Virus record (IMG/VR): IMGVR_UViG_3300042922_001473
Length of the DNA: 64,000 bases
Source of the DNA: a virus
Lineage: Duplodnaviria; Caudoviricetes
Direction: 5' to 3' (one strand)
In this document: positions 61,871 through 64,000 of the stretch, piece by piece
How positions within the stretch are numbered: position 1 is the first letter of the stretch
Layout: the number at the start of each line of letters is the position of its first letter
The notes under the pieces: generated by a model
Told to the model about the DNA's origin: nothing
Databases searched by the model: none
The model's input: only the letters and a program-made list of their open reading frames with translations
Program-made: the position numbers and the translations under genes

Positions 61871-61997
61871 AAAAATCACGTCAAAGTTCACAGTGGTTTT
61901 TACATCAAATTTTGATAAACATTATAAACAAATAATTGATGCATATAATACAATGTGAACCATTATAATGTAGTTCAATAACGAACATCTTAACAGG
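61871..61997 (+). repeat. inverted copy of the 23949..24075 module
   Basis: aligned by eye; includes a 12-bp-period TCAC triad. Confidence 0.75.
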
Positions 61998-62009
61998 TTA
62001 AATTAATAT

Positions 62010-62372
62010 TTGGAGGAAACAAAAATGACAGGAAAAATGATGAATTTTGATGGTGTTCCATTATTTATTCCAAACGATATAAGTATCCAAACAACAGAAT
62101 TTTATATTAGTTACAATGACAGGGATACATCTTTGTATGGTGATGTCACTACTGCTTTAGTGCAAAATAATCCAGTAAAGTTTTTAATATTGAATGGTAA
62201 TCATTCTAAAGAATATAAGGAGATAATATCAAAAGGTGGTGGTTACTCAGATTGTTTGGAATATTTTAAAAACAACCTTGATAAAAAGTCCAAGTTCAGT
62301 GAAAACTGGGATGAAACAATAATAGTTGAAGAAGATGGAAGTCTTCATGTTGTTAAGGATTTCAACAATTAG
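62010..62372 (+). CDS. hypothetical protein
   Basis: GGAGG before ATG 62025; FYISYN..D...YG.VTTALV...F.ILNGNH. Confidence 0.7.
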   Translation: MEETKMTGKMMNFDGVPLFIPNDISIQTTEFYISYNDRDTSLYGDVTTALVQNNPVKFLILNGNHSKEYKEIISKGGGYSDCLEYFKNNLDKKSKFSENWDETIIVEEDGSLHVVKDFNN

Positions 62373-62590
62373 ATAAATTGAAATTTGAACGATTAGCTAA
62401 GAAATAGCAGAGGATAAGAAAATTTATCCTCTGCTATTTCTGTAAAGCTGTTAAATAAAAAAGTAATCGCCATAATCCTTGATTTGTATAGTACAAAAGC
62501 ACATGTAATTTTACATGTGCTTTTGCTTGTGAAAATTTGTGATTTTGCTTTTCTTTTTGCTTTATATTAGAGTTGGGGGGAGAAATATTA

Positions 62591-62971
62591 TTAGTTAATA
62601 TCTCTATTAATTGAATACCCATTTTTATCAAGGCTAAACCCTAATTCTTTAAATTTTTTAATATGTTCTAAAACAAACGCCTTTCCTTTTTCTTCTGCCT
62701 CTTTTTCGGTCTTAAAAACCTTTAAATTCCAATTATTTAAAATCCAACCAAGATTATCTAAAGTTAGAATAATATGTTCTGTTCCCCTGAATCTTGTATG
62801 ACATGATTTGTCCATTCCACAACGACCATCTATCGTTTTGGGAAACAGTTTATCAAATAATTCTTTTTGAAATAAACAAGCATCGCAACAGTTTGTATTA
62901 AATCTATATACCGTTTGTCCTAATTCAACAGGCAATGTGATTTGTTTTTTATCTTCACTTATAAAATTCAT
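62591..62971 (-). CDS. hypothetical phage-type protein
   Basis: LPVELGQTVY...VFKTEKEAE, related to the module in 57189..57959. Confidence 0.65.
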   Translation of the reverse strand: MNFISEDKKQITLPVELGQTVYRFNTNCCDACLFQKELFDKLFPKTIDGRCGMDKSCHTRFRGTEHIILTLDNLGWILNNWNLKVFKTEKEAEEKGKAFVLEHIKKFKELGFSLDKNGYSINRDIN

Positions 62972-63032
62972 TATATACCCCTTCTTTCCTTCTTAATTTC
63001 CTCTGTTAGTAAAAAATAAAATTCATATTTTT

Positions 63033-63278
63033 TTATAAATCTTTATCTAAAGGTACTTCAAATACAATATCTTTGCCATTAGCATCAACTATACATTGTG
63101 CTATTTTTTTTATTAAATTTTCTGTTTTATTACATTCAAATCCAAATCTGCCTAATATTATTTGTTCATTTCCATTTACTGCTATCAATTCCATACAATC
63201 ATTTCTATGATTTGTTTTTAAAGCGTAATTTGTTAAACAACATATTACATCATTATATTGTGATTTAATATATACCAT
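63033..63278 (-). CDS. hypothetical protein
   Basis: AAGGAG RBS. Confidence 0.6.
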   Translation of the reverse strand: MVYIKSQYNDVICCLTNYALKTNHRNDCMELIAVNGNEQIILGRFGFECNKTENLIKKIAQCIVDANGKDIVFEVPLDKDL

Positions 63279-63471
63279 GATTTTTCTCCTTTAGAATATC
63301 AATTTTATTTACTTCTTCAACGCTTTCTACCTCAACTCTGCAACGACCTCTTAATTGTAAATATATTTCATCACATTTTGATTGTGCAATTTCTTTTGCT
63401 TCTTCGATATCTCTTACACTATATACTCCACCTACTTCAGAAACATTAATTACTATTTTATAATCTTTCAC
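63265..63471 (-). CDS. hypothetical protein
   Basis: GGAGG RBS. Confidence 0.6.
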   Translation of the reverse strand: MKDYKIVINVSEVGGVYSVRDIEEAKEIAQSKCDEIYLQLRGRCRVEVESVEEVNKIDILKEKNHGIY

Positions 63472-63533
63472 TGTTATTTTCCTCCATTAAATATAAAGTT
63501 GCCATTTATCATAGAAATTTAATTCCTGCAAGC

Positions 63534-63839
63534 TTACCTTATATCACCTATTATGGTTAAATGTTTAGTATTTATCATTTCTTGGTCAATATCCCAACCA
63601 ACACTACTTCCATGCCTACTTTCAAAGCCTATAAAAACTTTCCCTTTCATATTTATGCCTACCACAACTTCACTGGCTGAACAGCCACGTAAAGTGGCAA
63701 TATGTCCTGTTAATAAAGGCGTACCATTATAATCGTATAATCCAGTAGGGGTATGGTCTGGAATCCACTGAGACGATATACAACAGTTATCTCCCAAATA
63801 AACTAATTCTTTATCAGTATCAAGTTTCATAAATTCCAC
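63534..63839 (-). CDS. YopX-like protein
   Basis: TGLYDYNG..L..GHI...IIGDI. Confidence 0.55.
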   Translation of the reverse strand: MEFMKLDTDKELVYLGDNCCISSQWIPDHTPTGLYDYNGTPLLTGHIATLRGCSASEVVVGINMKGKVFIGFESRHGSSVGWDIDQEMINTKHLTIIGDIR

Positions 63840-64000
63840 CTATTCTTTACCACTTTTCTTTTTAATTTCCTCTGTTATTAAATATGGAGTACCATTTGCC
63901 ATAAATTTAACTCCTGTAACCTTTATAGATTGGTTATTTACTATTACAGTAATATCTTTATTTCTTAAATTTCTTACTGGTTGCTTTCCTAATTTATCAA

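Noticed and set aside
1-64000. tRNA, rRNA, virion or conjugation genes
   Set aside because: None recognised by eye, so phage versus plasmid cannot be decided from this window.

Overview
Very AT-rich (roughly 25% GC by eye), gene-dense, mostly minus-strand DNA with Firmicutes-type signals (GGAGG ribosome-binding sites, sigmaA TTGACA/TTTACA-N17-TATAAT promoters, intrinsic terminators). It is a mosaic of small phage-type accessory ORFs and enzymes of nucleic-acid repair and conflict, which fits a clostridial jumbo phage, phage-plasmid or megaplasmid. No virion, rRNA, tRNA or CRISPR genes were seen. Recognisable genes: YqeY, RadA, a radical SAM protein, two UvrD helicases (one with an N-terminal Cas4/AddB-like domain), an HA-repeat protein, CYTH, a Pol-beta nucleotidyltransferase, a NADAR-like/macrodomain fusion, an ART-HD fusion, a Hen1 / ligase-only Pnkp / SpoT-HD operon, an Rnl5 RNA ligase, AbrB, XRE, a kinase with a LexA box, and a J-domain-pseudokinase / vWA / PurA-like operon. 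Non-coding structure found by reading the sequence: (1) three related ISL3-derived mini-elements with imperfect 25-bp IRs, two with perfect 8-bp TSDs, each carrying a different phage-type passenger gene next to its right end; (2) a 1.7-kb region of 12-bp-period TGTGAWTT triads (centromere- or origin-like), with a 127-bp inverted copy 38 kb away; (3) a TTGACTWWAGTCAA palindrome upstream of five loci, including both helicases and the RNA-repair operon; (4) a decayed duplicate of the pnkp 3' end flanking the HD gene. All family assignments come from motif recognition by eye, not database searches.
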